Assembly: GCA_965222155.1 (NCBI GenBank)
Contig: CBDCTH010000012.1
Span: forward strand, 256,001-320,000
Source: Gammaproteobacteria bacterium
GTDB taxonomy: Bacteria; Pseudomonadota; Gammaproteobacteria; Eutrophobiales; Eutrophobiaceae
Reading direction: 5' to 3'
DNA length: 64,000 nucleotides
Shown: positions 39,055 through 50,300 of the stretch, in pieces
Layout of the letters: each line of letters begins with the position of its first letter
How positions within the stretch are numbered: the stretch's first letter is position 1
Position numbers and translations under genes: made by a program
Notes under the pieces: model-generated
The model's input: only the letters and a program-made list of their open reading frames with translations
The model's database searches: none
What the model was told of the DNA's origin: nothing

Positions 39055-39377
39055 TGTACGAGGTCTACCTGACCGATGATGCATTGCGCGACCTTGAGGA
39101 AATTGATGACTACATTGTAGCCGCTGACTCGCCGCAAAGAGCAGAGTATGTTCTCGGTAAGATTGAAGACGCATTTCTCACCCTCTCTCATATGCCGGAG
39201 CGTAGTAACTATCCGGGTGAGTTGTTAACCCTTGGTATTAAAGAATACAGGGAAGTCTTGTTCAAACCCTACCGTATCGTTTATCGTGTACAGGACAAAA
39301 GAGTTTATATTTATTTGATCGCTGACGGGCGCAGGGATATGCAAACCCTGTTAAGCAGGCGCCTGCTGCGGCCTTGA
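39054..39377 (+). CDS. RelE/ParE family toxin
   Basis: ALRDLEEIDDYI, YRIVYRV, DGRRDMQ; TAATG coupling to the antitoxin. Confidence 0.9.
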   Translation: MYEVYLTDDALRDLEEIDDYIVAADSPQRAEYVLGKIEDAFLTLSHMPERSNYPGELLTLGIKEYREVLFKPYRIVYRVQDKRVYIYLIADGRRDMQTLLSRRLLRP

Positions 39378-39423
39378 ACGGTTACTTTCGCGTTACTTGT
39401 TGATGACCAGGTTGAGGAAAGTT

Positions 39424-41583
39424 ATGGTGAATTACCCGTATCATTTTCTGTTCCTGCTGCTTCTGTCCGCAGTATTTGCTCCGAGCCAGGCCAATGAACC
39501 GCAAATCTCCATTCAGAGAACAGATAAAGCGCCGGTAATTGACGGCGTGCTGGATGACGAGGCGTGGAAAGACGCGACCCTGGTTACAGAGTTTTATCAA
39601 AGCGTTCCGGTTGAAGGCGCAGAAGCCAGCGAAGCAACGGAAGCTTACCTGACCTACGATAGCGATATGCTCTACGTGGGGGTGCGTATGTATGATCGTA
39701 ATCCCGACGCAATTGTCGCCAGGGAGTTGCGGGAAGATGAAATGATGATCAACGACGATATCTTTACTATTGCCATCGATTCTCTCCTGGATCGGAAAAA
39801 TGCGTTTGTATTTTATATGAATGCTCTGGGTACGAAATCCGATGCCCGTTTCGAGAATAACTCTACGCTCCGTGGTGAATGGGACGGTATCTGGTACGGC
39901 GCCGCCGGTCGTAATGAAAAGGGCTGGATTGCCGAGTTTGCCATCCCCTTTAAAACACTGTCTCTTGATGCCGATGCGCCGGCCTGGGGTCTTGAACTGG
40001 AACGTTACATCAGGCGGCGTAATGAATTCGTGTTGTGGGCCAATCATGATCAGGACAAGACATTGAGCTATGTGGCTGCCTATGGAGATTTGCTGGGCCT
40101 TGATAACCTGGATCAGGGGCTGGGTCTGGACATCAAACCCCAGGCGGCAAGCCGTTACCGCCGGCGATTTGATAGTGATGATAAGGATTTCACCATAAAG
40201 CCGGGCGCAGAAATCATTTACAAGCTGACGCCTTCATTGAACGGCTCCCTGATAATCAATCCGGATTTTTCCAATGCCAGAGTAGATGAAATCAAGACCA
40301 ATCTGACGCGATTTGATCTTTTTTTCCCGGAGCAACGTGATTTTTTCGTCCGCGACGCAGATGTCTTTGAGTTTGGCGGCCTCAATGAAGTGAATGGCAT
40401 TCCATTTTTTTCAAGGCGTATCGGCCTGCCCTTTGATATGGAAAATCCGGAAGTGCTTGACATTGATATCGGCGCCAAGCTGAGTGGCCGTCTTGGGCGC
40501 TATACAATGGGCCTGTTGAATACGCAGATGGGTTCCGGACAGGGAATCGGCTCAAAAAACCTGTCCGTGGCCAGAGTCGCCATGGATATCCAGGAGGAAT
40601 CCCGGCTTGGCGCCATGATGACTTATGGCAACCCCGCAGGCAACGCTGATAACGGCGTCGTCGGCATCGACTACCGCTATCGGAACAGTAACCTGTTCGG
40701 CTCGCAGGTGTTTGTGGCCGATGCGTTTGTTATGAAGTCTTTCAGTGAGGATACCGGCAGCAATGAGTTGGCCTATGGCCTGACGCTGGATTTCCCCAAT
40801 GACCGCTGGAATGCCAGGTTAAAATATCAGGAAACCCAGGAAAACTTTAATCCGGCGCTCGGTTTTGTCAATCGCTCCGGTATCAGGCTATACGAAGGCG
40901 ATTTACGCTACAGGATAAGGCCCAAAAACAGTCGCTTGCTCAGAACCATGAACTGGGGATTTAAATCATCCTTTACGACGACAACGGGTAATGAGCTTGA
41001 GAGCGGCCGTGTTTATTTCCGGTTTTTTGACCTGGAAAGTCATGCCGGTGATCATATTCAATTCTGGGGTAACTGGCAGCACGAAACATTATTTGCCCCC
41101 TTTGAAATTCAACCGGGCATTAATATTCCCACCGGTGATTACGATTTCTACTTTTTATGGGGCAAGCTGACTACGGCAAATCACCGGCCTGTTTCTATGG
41201 AAGTAATATCTAAAATCGGCGAATTTTATAATGGTGATATCACTGATGTGCTGGCTTCTGTAAAGTGGCGGCCAACGCCTAATTTTTATATCACCCTGGA
41301 ACGCCATATCTTCGATGTCGATTTGCCGGCAGGTAATTTTGAGTTTGAGATCAATCGTGCACGCTTTAATATTAGCTTCACACCGACATTATCCTGGACT
41401 AATTATCTGCAACAGGAGTCGGAAAGCCACATCATGACGCTGCAGAGCCAGTTGCGCTGGATTATTGTCCCGGGTAATGAACTGACCATGACGATCAATC
41501 ATGACTGGGCAAGGGATAACGGCTCATACAAAAGCACCGAGACTGATTTTTTTACCCGCCTGGTGTGGACGCACCGATTCTAG
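39424..41583 (+). CDS. DUF5916 / CBM9-like secreted outer-membrane protein
   Basis: Signal peptide, PVIDGVLDDEAW, AEFAIPF, NPDFS, FFPEQRDFF, FFSRRIG, terminal Phe. Confidence 0.85.
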   Translation: MVNYPYHFLFLLLLSAVFAPSQANEPQISIQRTDKAPVIDGVLDDEAWKDATLVTEFYQSVPVEGAEASEATEAYLTYDSDMLYVGVRMYDRNPDAIVARELREDEMMINDDIFTIAIDSLLDRKNAFVFYMNALGTKSDARFENNSTLRGEWDGIWYGAAGRNEKGWIAEFAIPFKTLSLDADAPAWGLELERYIRRRNEFVLWANHDQDKTLSYVAAYGDLLGLDNLDQGLGLDIKPQAASRYRRRFDSDDKDFTIKPGAEIIYKLTPSLNGSLIINPDFSNARVDEIKTNLTRFDLFFPEQRDFFVRDADVFEFGGLNEVNGIPFFSRRIGLPFDMENPEVLDIDIGAKLSGRLGRYTMGLLNTQMGSGQGIGSKNLSVARVAMDIQEESRLGAMMTYGNPAGNADNGVVGIDYRYRNSNLFGSQVFVADAFVMKSFSEDTGSNELAYGLTLDFPNDRWNARLKYQETQENFNPALGFVNRSGIRLYEGDLRYRIRPKNSRLLRTMNWGFKSSFTTTTGNELESGRVYFRFFDLESHAGDHIQFWGNWQHETLFAPFEIQPGINIPTGDYDFYFLWGKLTTANHRPVSMEVISKIGEFYNGDITDVLASVKWRPTPNFYITLERHIFDVDLPAGNFEFEINRARFNISFTPTLSWTNYLQQESESHIMTLQSQLRWIIVPGNELTMTINHDWARDNGSYKSTETDFFTRLVWTHRF

Positions 41584-41597
41584 CAATAAGAGTTCAT

Positions 41598-41810
41598 CTA
41601 TGGTGAATACCAGATGGGTGAAGTCCATGCCATCTCCTGGATGATGTGGCGGGAACTGTCTTCGCCCACCCTTGGCCTTTCTGACGTATCGTATTTCAAA
41701 CAGTTCAGCAGACTCCAGCGCGGGCTGGGATTTTCCACCACGCGCAGGTAGTAATACGCAGGCCGCGCCGGATCGAAATCTTCATCCTTGAACACCGCGC
41801 ACAGGGAAGC
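41598..41810 (-). pseudogene. C-terminal fragment of a DUF3604 protein
   Basis: DEDFDPARPAYYYLRVVENPSPRWS and IQEMAWTSPIWY; no N-terminal part present. Confidence 0.75.
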
Positions 41811-42006
41811 ATTACCTTCTCCATGTTGTAATATACGGTATGCCGGGTTAGCACCTCAACACAATCATACTCGTCAACCATAGGAAGTCGCATCACCCAC
41901 CAGGGAAAACAGCCCTTAAATGCAGGCCAGCGAACCGCGCACTTATATATTTTTAATATATCTTTTTTGCACTATACTGTGACCTTTGAACAGCGGAGGT
42001 CTCACC

Positions 42007-42276
42007 ATGGCTGTACCAGATAAACAAGACAGGGCAAAAGTCTTCATGTCGGGGCTATCCCAGGCCGTGCGGTTGCCGAAAAAATTTCGTTTCTCAGAAG
42101 GCTGTGATGAGGTAGCCGTGCGCCAGGTCGGACGACATCTGATTTTGAGTCCGCGTTTCACTGACTGGGAAGACTACTGGGCAAACTCGACTCGTCCTGA
42201 CGATGATTTCGCAAGTACGGTATTGGAGCTCCGTGCCAATGATTTACCTGTTGAAGAACGTCAGAGCTTTGACTGA
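42007..42276 (+). CDS. vapB: AbrB/VapB-type antitoxin
   Basis: AKVFMSGLSQAVRLPKKFRF; GGAGG RBS. Confidence 0.9.
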   Translation: MAVPDKQDRAKVFMSGLSQAVRLPKKFRFSEGCDEVAVRQVGRHLILSPRFTDWEDYWANSTRPDDDFASTVLELRANDLPVEERQSFD

Positions 42277-42680
42277 TGCAATGTATGCTGGACACAGACC
42301 ATTGCGTGTACCTCATCAGACGTTCGCCGCTGATCACACCGCAAGCGCCAATGAACGACTGTTTTATTTCAGCGATCGTCGCCGGTGAGCTACAGGCTGG
42401 TGTGGCAAAATCGCACGAATCCAGACGCGCACAAAATCGACAAGCTCTGCTCGATTTTTTGAGTGTGGTACGCATTTTGCCGGTCGATGAACAAGTCGTA
42501 GAAACCTATGGCGAGGTACGCGCGCACCTGGAAACGAGTGGCCAAAGAATAGGTCCCCATGATACGTGGATTGCTGCACATGCCCTCGCCCTTGAGTTAC
42601 CCCTCGTGACTAACAACACCCGTGAATTCTCACGGGTGCCTGAACTTGTTATCGATAACTGGCTGCAGAACGAGGGCTGA
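42276..42680 (+). CDS. vapC: VapC PIN toxin
   Basis: MLDTD, GEL, IGPHDTWIAAHA, LVTNNTREFSRV. Confidence 0.9.
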   Translation: MQCMLDTDHCVYLIRRSPLITPQAPMNDCFISAIVAGELQAGVAKSHESRRAQNRQALLDFLSVVRILPVDEQVVETYGEVRAHLETSGQRIGPHDTWIAAHALALELPLVTNNTREFSRVPELVIDNWLQNEG

Positions 42681-42709
42681 TATCAAAGGCAGATTTATAA
42701 AATATCATT

Positions 42710-45700
42710 ATGGCGACAAAATTTTTCACTAATGCAGACAGCAATACCCTACTCAATAAATTGGATGGAGTGTTCAGGCACGGCGCCCACATTGAAGATT
42801 TCGACGCGTTAGTTGGCTATTTTCGCTCCACCGGTTATTTCAAAATTCGCCCCTTTCTGGAAAACGTACCGCAGATTCGGGTATTGGTCGGGATTGATGT
42901 TGATGCACTTACCGCTGTATACAAACACCAGGGGCTGTTATTAGCTACGGATACGAGCGCTGCAAAACAGGACTACCTGGATAGACTCAAGCACGAAATA
43001 GAAGATGCTGACTACTCACGGGACCTGGAACAAAGCATCTTGCAATTCATCACCGACATCGCTACTGGAAAAATTCGGATAAAGGCTCACCCTACACGCA
43101 AACTGCATGCCAAGATTTACATCTTCCGACCCAGAGACTTTAATCCGCACAGCGCCTGTGAAGTAATCACGGGTTCATCGAACCTCACCGATGCCGGTCT
43201 CGGTGTGCAAGACAATGATTCCAATTATGAATTCAATGTATCGCTCAGGGATTACGACGACGTGAAGTTCGCTACCGACGAATTTGAAAAACTCTGGAAG
43301 GAAGCCGTTGATATTCTCCCGGAGGAAGTGGCGGAAGCAAAAGACAAAACATTTCTGAAAGACAACTTCACTCCGTTTGAGCTCTATATCAAACTTCTGA
43401 TTGAATATTTCGGCAAGGAAATTGAATTCGACCCCAATAACATCAAGGATCTGCCGAAAGAATTCATGCGGCTGAATTATCAACTCGACGCAGTGCAACA
43501 GGGACTCAGAATATTAGACGAGCACAGCGGCTTTTTTCTTGCTGACGTGGTAGGGTTGGGCAAAACCATTGTAGCTATACTGATTGCCCGACAGTTTTTC
43601 TATTCCAACAACTACCCGGAATATATATCCAAAACGCTCATCATCATGCCGCCGGCGCTGAAAAGCCAGTGGCAGGATACCGTAAGAAAATTCGGATTCC
43701 AAAATGTGGACTACATCACCAACGGCAGCTTGCACAAGGTTCAACACCCGAGTGAATACGATCTGATTGTTGTGGATGAAGCGCACAAGTTCAGAAACGA
43801 CAGCTCGCTGAGCTACGAAAGGCTGCAACACATCTGCAAAACCCCTTGTCGCGGGGGCAAGACGAAAAAAGTCATCCTGGTGTCCGCTACTCCACTCAAC
43901 AACCGCCCCGATGATATTCGCAATCAGGTATTGTTGTTCCAGGATGCCAATAACAGCACAATGGACATCCATATCGGTAGATTTTTCTCCAAAATCAGTA
44001 AACGCTACAAAGCAATCATCGGAAAAGGCATATCGGGCCCAACCCACGCGAGCAATGAAATATACGCTGAACTACGCGACAAAATCATCGAACCACTGAC
44101 TGTGCGACGCACCCGTACCGACCTGCTCCAGCATGAACTTTACGCGCAGGATTTACAGGAACAGGGTATTCGCTTCCCCGAAGTCGGTGTACCGGAAAAG
44201 CTCCTGTATCCGCTGGAAGCACCCTTGAACCAACTCTATGACGAAACGATAAGACTTATAAAAGGCGACGAAGGGCTGCAATACGTACGTTACCGCGCCA
44301 TAGAATTCATGAAGCCGGAACACCGCAGGGACTACAACCGTCCGGAATTTATTTCCAGCTTGTTGGCAGCGATTATGAAAAGTCTGCTGGTCAAACGCCT
44401 GGACAGTAGTTTTTATGCCTTTCATTGCACCTTGCAACGCTTTGTCGGTGCATCTGAGGCTATGTTAAAGATGGTGGAAAACAACCGCATTATTATCGCG
44501 CCTAATCACCGCGTTGAGGAATATATTCTGGAAGGCAATGAGGATGAACTACTGGAGAAACTGTCTGTAGAACAGTTAACCGACCCGAACATCAAGCTCC
44601 TCTCAAGGGATGATTTTGCTCCCGGGTTTATTGAAGGACTGAAAAGCGACCATAAAATCCTGACCGACATGCAGCAGGAGTGGCAGAAAGTGGTTGAGGA
44701 CGAAGAAGACCCGAAACTGGACAAATTTCTATCTGTTCTGGAAACGGAACTGTTGACAAAAAGCCGGAATCCGGAACAGAAACTGGTGATCTTCTCGGAG
44801 TCACTGGACACCACGAATTATCTGACGAAAAAGCTCAAGTTAAAGCAATATGAAAACATCTTGTCGGTCAATTCTACAAACAGAGACCAACTGCGAGACA
44901 GGATCAGACAAAACTTTGACGCCAACATCCCCTTGATACAACAAAGCTCCGATTACAATATCATCATCACTACTGAAGTGTTGGCTGAAGGAGTGAACCT
45001 ACACCGTGCCAATACCATTTTGAATTACGATACACCTTGGAATTCTACCCGTCTGATGCAGCGCATCGGACGTATCAACCGTATCGGCGCCAAAGCAGAT
45101 AAAATCTATATATACAATTTCTTCCCCACGGAGAAAGTGGAAGATGATATCCAACTGCAACACAAGGCAATCGTGAAGCTACAGGCATTTCACTCGACGC
45201 TTGGAGAGGATTCACAAATCTATTCGACCGATGAGCAGGTAGAAACTTTTGGTTTGTTTGATGAACAGCCACAGGGTGACATTGAAGCCAATGAACGTTT
45301 GCAATACCTGATGGAGGTTCGTAAATTCAGGGAAGAGTCCCCGGAAGAATTTCGACGAATCAGGAACCTGCCGCTCAAAATCCGCAATGCAGTGAAAAAC
45401 AGAGAACGCCAAAATGGCACCATAACCTATCTGCGCAACAAAGGACGACACCATGCCTTCTATGCCGTGGACCAGCAGAATGAAATCGCTGAACTTGGCT
45501 TCCTGCAAGCAGTACCAATTTTCAAATGTGACCGGACTATCAAGGCACAGGCTCTGCACGAACAACACCACGCGCAGGTGCAACAGGCGATAGCAGATTT
45601 TCGACGACAGACAGAAGAAAAAATCGTGATCGAACAGCAAAACCAGGCCCTCACACCACAACAAACGCGAGCGGTCCGCTATATGAAGGCAATACACGCA

Positions 45701-45991
45701 TTGCCACACATCGGTGAGCAGGAAAAACAAGCCATCACCCAGGCTATTGAGACAATAAAACTTGGGCGCTTCCAGGCTTTGGAACGGGACGTGAACAAAC
45801 TGCAAAGAAACGCGAAGCGCTTATCCCTTACCAACGAAGTTCAACTACGATCTCTACTGGAAATCTTACATAAGCACATACCCAAAGTTGAAGATACCCA
45901 TGCACGTGATGAACAAAACACTGGCGGCAATCTGTCAACCGCAACAGTGGACGATCAGCCCAGAGTCATTATTTCCCAGTCTTATGTTTAA
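42710..45991 (+). CDS. PLD-nuclease + SNF2-type helicase fusion
   Basis: LHAKIYIF and ITGSSNLT (PLD); ADVVGLGKT, VDEAH, SATP, EGVNL, QRIGRINR (SF2 helicase). Confidence 0.92.
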   Translation: MATKFFTNADSNTLLNKLDGVFRHGAHIEDFDALVGYFRSTGYFKIRPFLENVPQIRVLVGIDVDALTAVYKHQGLLLATDTSAAKQDYLDRLKHEIEDADYSRDLEQSILQFITDIATGKIRIKAHPTRKLHAKIYIFRPRDFNPHSACEVITGSSNLTDAGLGVQDNDSNYEFNVSLRDYDDVKFATDEFEKLWKEAVDILPEEVAEAKDKTFLKDNFTPFELYIKLLIEYFGKEIEFDPNNIKDLPKEFMRLNYQLDAVQQGLRILDEHSGFFLADVVGLGKTIVAILIARQFFYSNNYPEYISKTLIIMPPALKSQWQDTVRKFGFQNVDYITNGSLHKVQHPSEYDLIVVDEAHKFRNDSSLSYERLQHICKTPCRGGKTKKVILVSATPLNNRPDDIRNQVLLFQDANNSTMDIHIGRFFSKISKRYKAIIGKGISGPTHASNEIYAELRDKIIEPLTVRRTRTDLLQHELYAQDLQEQGIRFPEVGVPEKLLYPLEAPLNQLYDETIRLIKGDEGLQYVRYRAIEFMKPEHRRDYNRPEFISSLLAAIMKSLLVKRLDSSFYAFHCTLQRFVGASEAMLKMVENNRIIIAPNHRVEEYILEGNEDELLEKLSVEQLTDPNIKLLSRDDFAPGFIEGLKSDHKILTDMQQEWQKVVEDEEDPKLDKFLSVLETELLTKSRNPEQKLVIFSESLDTTNYLTKKLKLKQYENILSVNSTNRDQLRDRIRQNFDANIPLIQQSSDYNIIITTEVLAEGVNLHRANTILNYDTPWNSTRLMQRIGRINRIGAKADKIYIYNFFPTEKVEDDIQLQHKAIVKLQAFHSTLGEDSQIYSTDEQVETFGLFDEQPQGDIEANERLQYLMEVRKFREESPEEFRRIRNLPLKIRNAVKNRERQNGTITYLRNKGRHHAFYAVDQQNEIAELGFLQAVPIFKCDRTIKAQALHEQHHAQVQQAIADFRRQTEEKIVIEQQNQALTPQQTRAVRYMKAIHALPHIGEQEKQAITQAIETIKLGRFQALERDVNKLQRNAKRLSLTNEVQLRSLLEILHKHIPKVEDTHARDEQNTGGNLSTATVDDQPRVIISQSYV

Positions 45992-46062
45992 GACCTGATG
46001 TATACTGAAAAACTAGCGTCTATCCGACAAAATAAGGTTAAAATCACCCAAAGAGGAGAAAA

Positions 46063-46272
46063 ATGATGAAATCGAAACAAAAACCTCTCATTTGCAAGCG
46101 TGAGCAAGAACGTAGCGCCATGCTGGAAGAGGCACTGGCTCGGCCAGGTGTACGCGAAGTCATGAAAATCTATGGTCAATGGCAAAGAAAAGATCGGGGA
46201 CTTGAGTCCTATAGGGCAGCGACGGCAGAACTTTTCCAGATAAGTACCACAGATCACACAAACGTTCGATAA
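46063..46272 (+). CDS. Small hypothetical protein (69 aa)
   Basis: Strong GAGGAG RBS; stop lies 24 bp before the protease start. Confidence 0.65.
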   Translation: MMKSKQKPLICKREQERSAMLEEALARPGVREVMKIYGQWQRKDRGLESYRAATAELFQISTTDHTNVR

Positions 46273-46296
46273 ATGATTTAAGGAAAGAGTAACCCC

Positions 46297-47283
46297 ATGC
46301 CTATTTGGAGTGAAATCCTTGCCGAGCTTGGGGAGACCAGCGCCCACAATAATGGTACTCCTGACTTTGATGCTGTTCGGCGGACATATCTGACGAGACT
46401 ATATCAATATACTGGGCGCAATGTTATTTTATATGCTTCGGGATGGCTGCAAAAGGAGCAGGTACCGGGGGTCACTGTTTCTATTAACGACGAAGATATT
46501 CAGGCGCTCATGGAAGTCATCCAAGGTTTGGAAGGCTCTAAGCTTGACTTAATACTGCATAGTCCGGGTGGTTCTCTCGAGGCAACGGAAGCGATTGTGT
46601 CTTATCTGCGCTCACGGTTTTCTGATATCCGGGTAATCGTGCCGCAACTAGCGATGTCCGCGGCAACTATGATTGCCTGTGCTGCTGATTATATCGTGCT
46701 TGGTAGACATTCTTTTCTCGGGCCGACGGATCCACAAATTCTCATTTCAACTCCACTAGGCATACGCCAAGTTGCTGCTCAGGCAATTCTGGACCAATTC
46801 GACAAGGCACAACGCGAATGTGAAAACCCAGCAAAGTTATCAGCTTGGTTGCCAATGCTGAACCAATACGGCCCTGACCTGCTTGAGCTGTGCGAAAAAG
46901 CCTTAGATATGTCCAAGAATCTTGTAAAGACATGGCTGGAAATATACATGTTCAAGGGAGAGTCTGATAGTTCAAAACAGGCAGAACAGATTTCCAATTG
47001 GCTTGCTGACCATCAGCATTTCAAGAGCCATAATCGACATATATCGCGAGATGAGCTTCAAAAACGACAATTAAAAATACTGCAATTGGAAGATGATGAA
47101 AACCTGCAAGACCTGAGTCTTTCGGTATTCCATGCCACAACTCACACATTTACCGGTACTCAAGCGGCAAAGATCGTGGAAAATCACACGGGTCGCGCAT
47201 TCGTCAAACATTATTTCATCCAACCAGCGCAAGGAATTCAGATGAGTCTTGAGCCTGTTCCACTAGTTCAGGGCGACCAATGA
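46297..47283 (+). CDS. SDH-family Clp-fold serine protease
   Basis: LILHSPGG, AMSAATMIA (Ser), LGPTDPQ (Asp), KSHNRHI (His). Confidence 0.85.
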   Translation: MPIWSEILAELGETSAHNNGTPDFDAVRRTYLTRLYQYTGRNVILYASGWLQKEQVPGVTVSINDEDIQALMEVIQGLEGSKLDLILHSPGGSLEATEAIVSYLRSRFSDIRVIVPQLAMSAATMIACAADYIVLGRHSFLGPTDPQILISTPLGIRQVAAQAILDQFDKAQRECENPAKLSAWLPMLNQYGPDLLELCEKALDMSKNLVKTWLEIYMFKGESDSSKQAEQISNWLADHQHFKSHNRHISRDELQKRQLKILQLEDDENLQDLSLSVFHATTHTFTGTQAAKIVENHTGRAFVKHYFIQPAQGIQMSLEPVPLVQGDQ

Positions 47284-47364
47284 CATGAAGCCGTAATTAT
47301 CAGTTCCCCAATACAGTTTCGGCAACCGCCGATAACGACATAAGAATAAAAACCAAACGACTCA

Positions 47365-50300
47365 ATGATGGCAACCGCAGATGCTCTAAGAAATCTTTTC
47401 GAGCAGGTATACCAGCGCGATGAATGGCTCAAGATACTTGCTGAAACACTATCGATAGACCGATTTTTACGACCGATATCAATCAAAGGGGATACGGAAT
47501 CATTTTATCAGTTGGGTAAAGTCACTCTCACTGATAACAAGGAACTGGGGATCTATGAAATAAAAACAAAGCCCCGGACCCAGCTACATCGAAACCGGGT
47601 ACAAATGCGCCACCTGGTGGCAAAACATTGTCGTCAATTCGCTCTTGACGGCGCACTTGCTGTTTATTACGACGACCTGGATCAATGGCGTTTCAGCTTT
47701 ATCAGCATGGAATACCAATTGAATAAACAGGGTGAGTTAAACAGAAAGGAAAGTACATCCAAACGCTTTACCTATCTGCTGGGGAAAGACACAAAAGTTC
47801 GCACTGCGGTGACACGGTTCAGCCATCTGGACAAATCTGCCACACTGGATAACCTGAAAACCACATTCGCGGTGGAACAACTAAACAAGGAATTCTATGA
47901 AAAACTGTTCCGTTGGTACGAAAATGCAAAAACACAGGTCGTTTTCCCCAATGATGAGCATGTGGACAAAGGTAAACATCACTCCATCAGTTTAATCCGT
48001 CTGTTAACTCGACTGTTGTTCGTCTGGTTCATCAAGGAAAAAAAACTGGTTAACCCGGACTTTTTTGAACTTGATAAAGCCAGAAAAATCATCATCTGGG
48101 ACAAAGACAGTAGTTACTACAAGGCCATATTGCAAAATCTGTTCTTTGCGACACTCAACCGGGAAATCACAGACCGAAGCTTTCGCACAACCAGAAACGG
48201 CAAACCAAGTGGCGATAACTATCTGGTTACCAATATCTACCGTTATCAGAATTTATTCTTGCAAAAGAACGAAGATGAAATCCTGAAACTGTTTGAACAA
48301 ACGCCATTTCTCAACGGTGGGCTGTTTGAATGCCTGGACAGAGAATCAACGAATGAAGAAAAAGCCGCCTATGATAAAAACAAGAATATACGCATCGGTA
48401 AAAGCGCGATCCGTATCGATGGCTTTTCCGACCGGGACGACAATCCGTTATACGTGCCAAACGAACTGTTTTTCAACGATGATGAAGATAGTCCTGGATT
48501 GATTCAATTGCTTACACAATATCAATTCACTGTGGAAGAAAGTACCCCACTGGATGCAGATGTGGCATTAGACCCGGAGTTGATGGGACTGATCTTTGAA
48601 AATCTGCTGGCGTCCTATAACCCGGAAACGCAGCAAACCGCCCGCAAGGCCTCAGGCTCCTACTACACCCCCCGTGCGATTGTTAGCTATATGGTGGATG
48701 AAAGCCTGAAGGCCTATCTGGCCCAGACTGTGTCCCCCCGTGACGGAGATGTGGAATTCTACCATGAACGTTTGAATGATCTGTTTGATACCTTATCGCA
48801 GACCGGCGAATTGAATAGCGAAAATGGAGAGCATCTTCTCTATGATGAAGAGATCCCCAGGCTGCTGGAGGCAGTAGAGCGGATAAAGATATTGGACCCG
48901 GCCGTGGGCAGTGGTGCTTTCCCAATGGGTATTCTGCAACGGTTGGTACAGATACTCGGTTTGATTGATCCGGAAAATGAACAATGGAAACAGCGGCAGG
49001 TCGACATTGTTTCTCAAATGGATGACTCTGAAAGTCGTACGCAGGTGCTTCAGGATATCGAAGAAATATTCAGTGAGAAAAACCGCTTTAACGATTTTGG
49101 ACGTAAACTGTATTTGATTGAAAATGCCATTCATGGCGTGGACATTCAGTCTATCGCCTGTCAGATTGCCAAGCTGCGCTTTTTCATCTCCCTAGTGATT
49201 GAGCAGAAGCCAAACGACAACTTAGACGACAACTATGGCATCCGTCCATTACCGAATCTAGAAACCCGGTTTATAGCAGCAGACAGTTTGTTGAGTCTGG
49301 ATGAGCCCAAACAACGGAGCATCCGCAATCTGGAGATTGATAGCAAGGAACAAGAACTGCGAAGAGTCCGTCAGAACCATTTCAACGCCAAAACACTACG
49401 AACTAAACGGACATATCGTTGCAAAGACAGAAAGTTGCGACTAATGATCGCAGAGTTGTTGGTGAATGACGGCTGGAACGACACAAATGCAAAGAAAATC
49501 GCCGATTGGGACCCCTATGATCAGAATGCGGCCGCCACCGACTGGTTTCATGCCGAGTATATGTTTGGCGTGACTGATGGCTTCAATGTGGTGATTGGCA
49601 ATCCGCCGTATATCCAGTTGCAGAACAACGAGGGGGCACTGGGACGGCTATACCAAAGCGCTGGCTTTGCTGCCTTCGCCCGCGCGGGCGACATTTACTG
49701 CCTGTTTTATGAGAAAGGCATCGAACTGTTGAAAGAAAACGGCCACCTGTGCTACATCACCTCCAACAAGTGGATGCGAGCCAAATATGGTGAGAAGCTA
49801 CGCGAGTTTTTCGTTGAAAAGACTAACCCTATGAAATTACTTGATTTCGGTGGCTTTAAGGTCTTTGAGAATGCCACTGTAGATACCAATATCCTGCTTA
49901 TCCAGAAGACAAAACCGATGGTTCAACTGCTGGCTACGAGCTTCAAAAACGACTTTCACAAGGGAGAAAGTATCGGCAACTACGCAGAACGCAATGCGGT
50001 TTCCGTCAACGTGACGCGCGACACTTGGTTTATCGGTAGCCGCGCCGAAGTAGCTTTGAAAGAGAAAATCGAATGCATAGGCACCCCCCTGAAAGACTGG
50101 GATATAGCCATTAACTATGGAATTAAAACCGGTTTTAACGACGCCTTTATCATTGATAATGCAACTAAGAAAGCATTGATTAAGGAAGATCCAAAATCGG
50201 CTGAGTTGATCAAACCGATTTTAAGAGGCAGGGATATTCAAAGATATCGAGCTAATTGGGCGGGGAAATGGTTGATTGATGTACATAATGGATATGGAGA

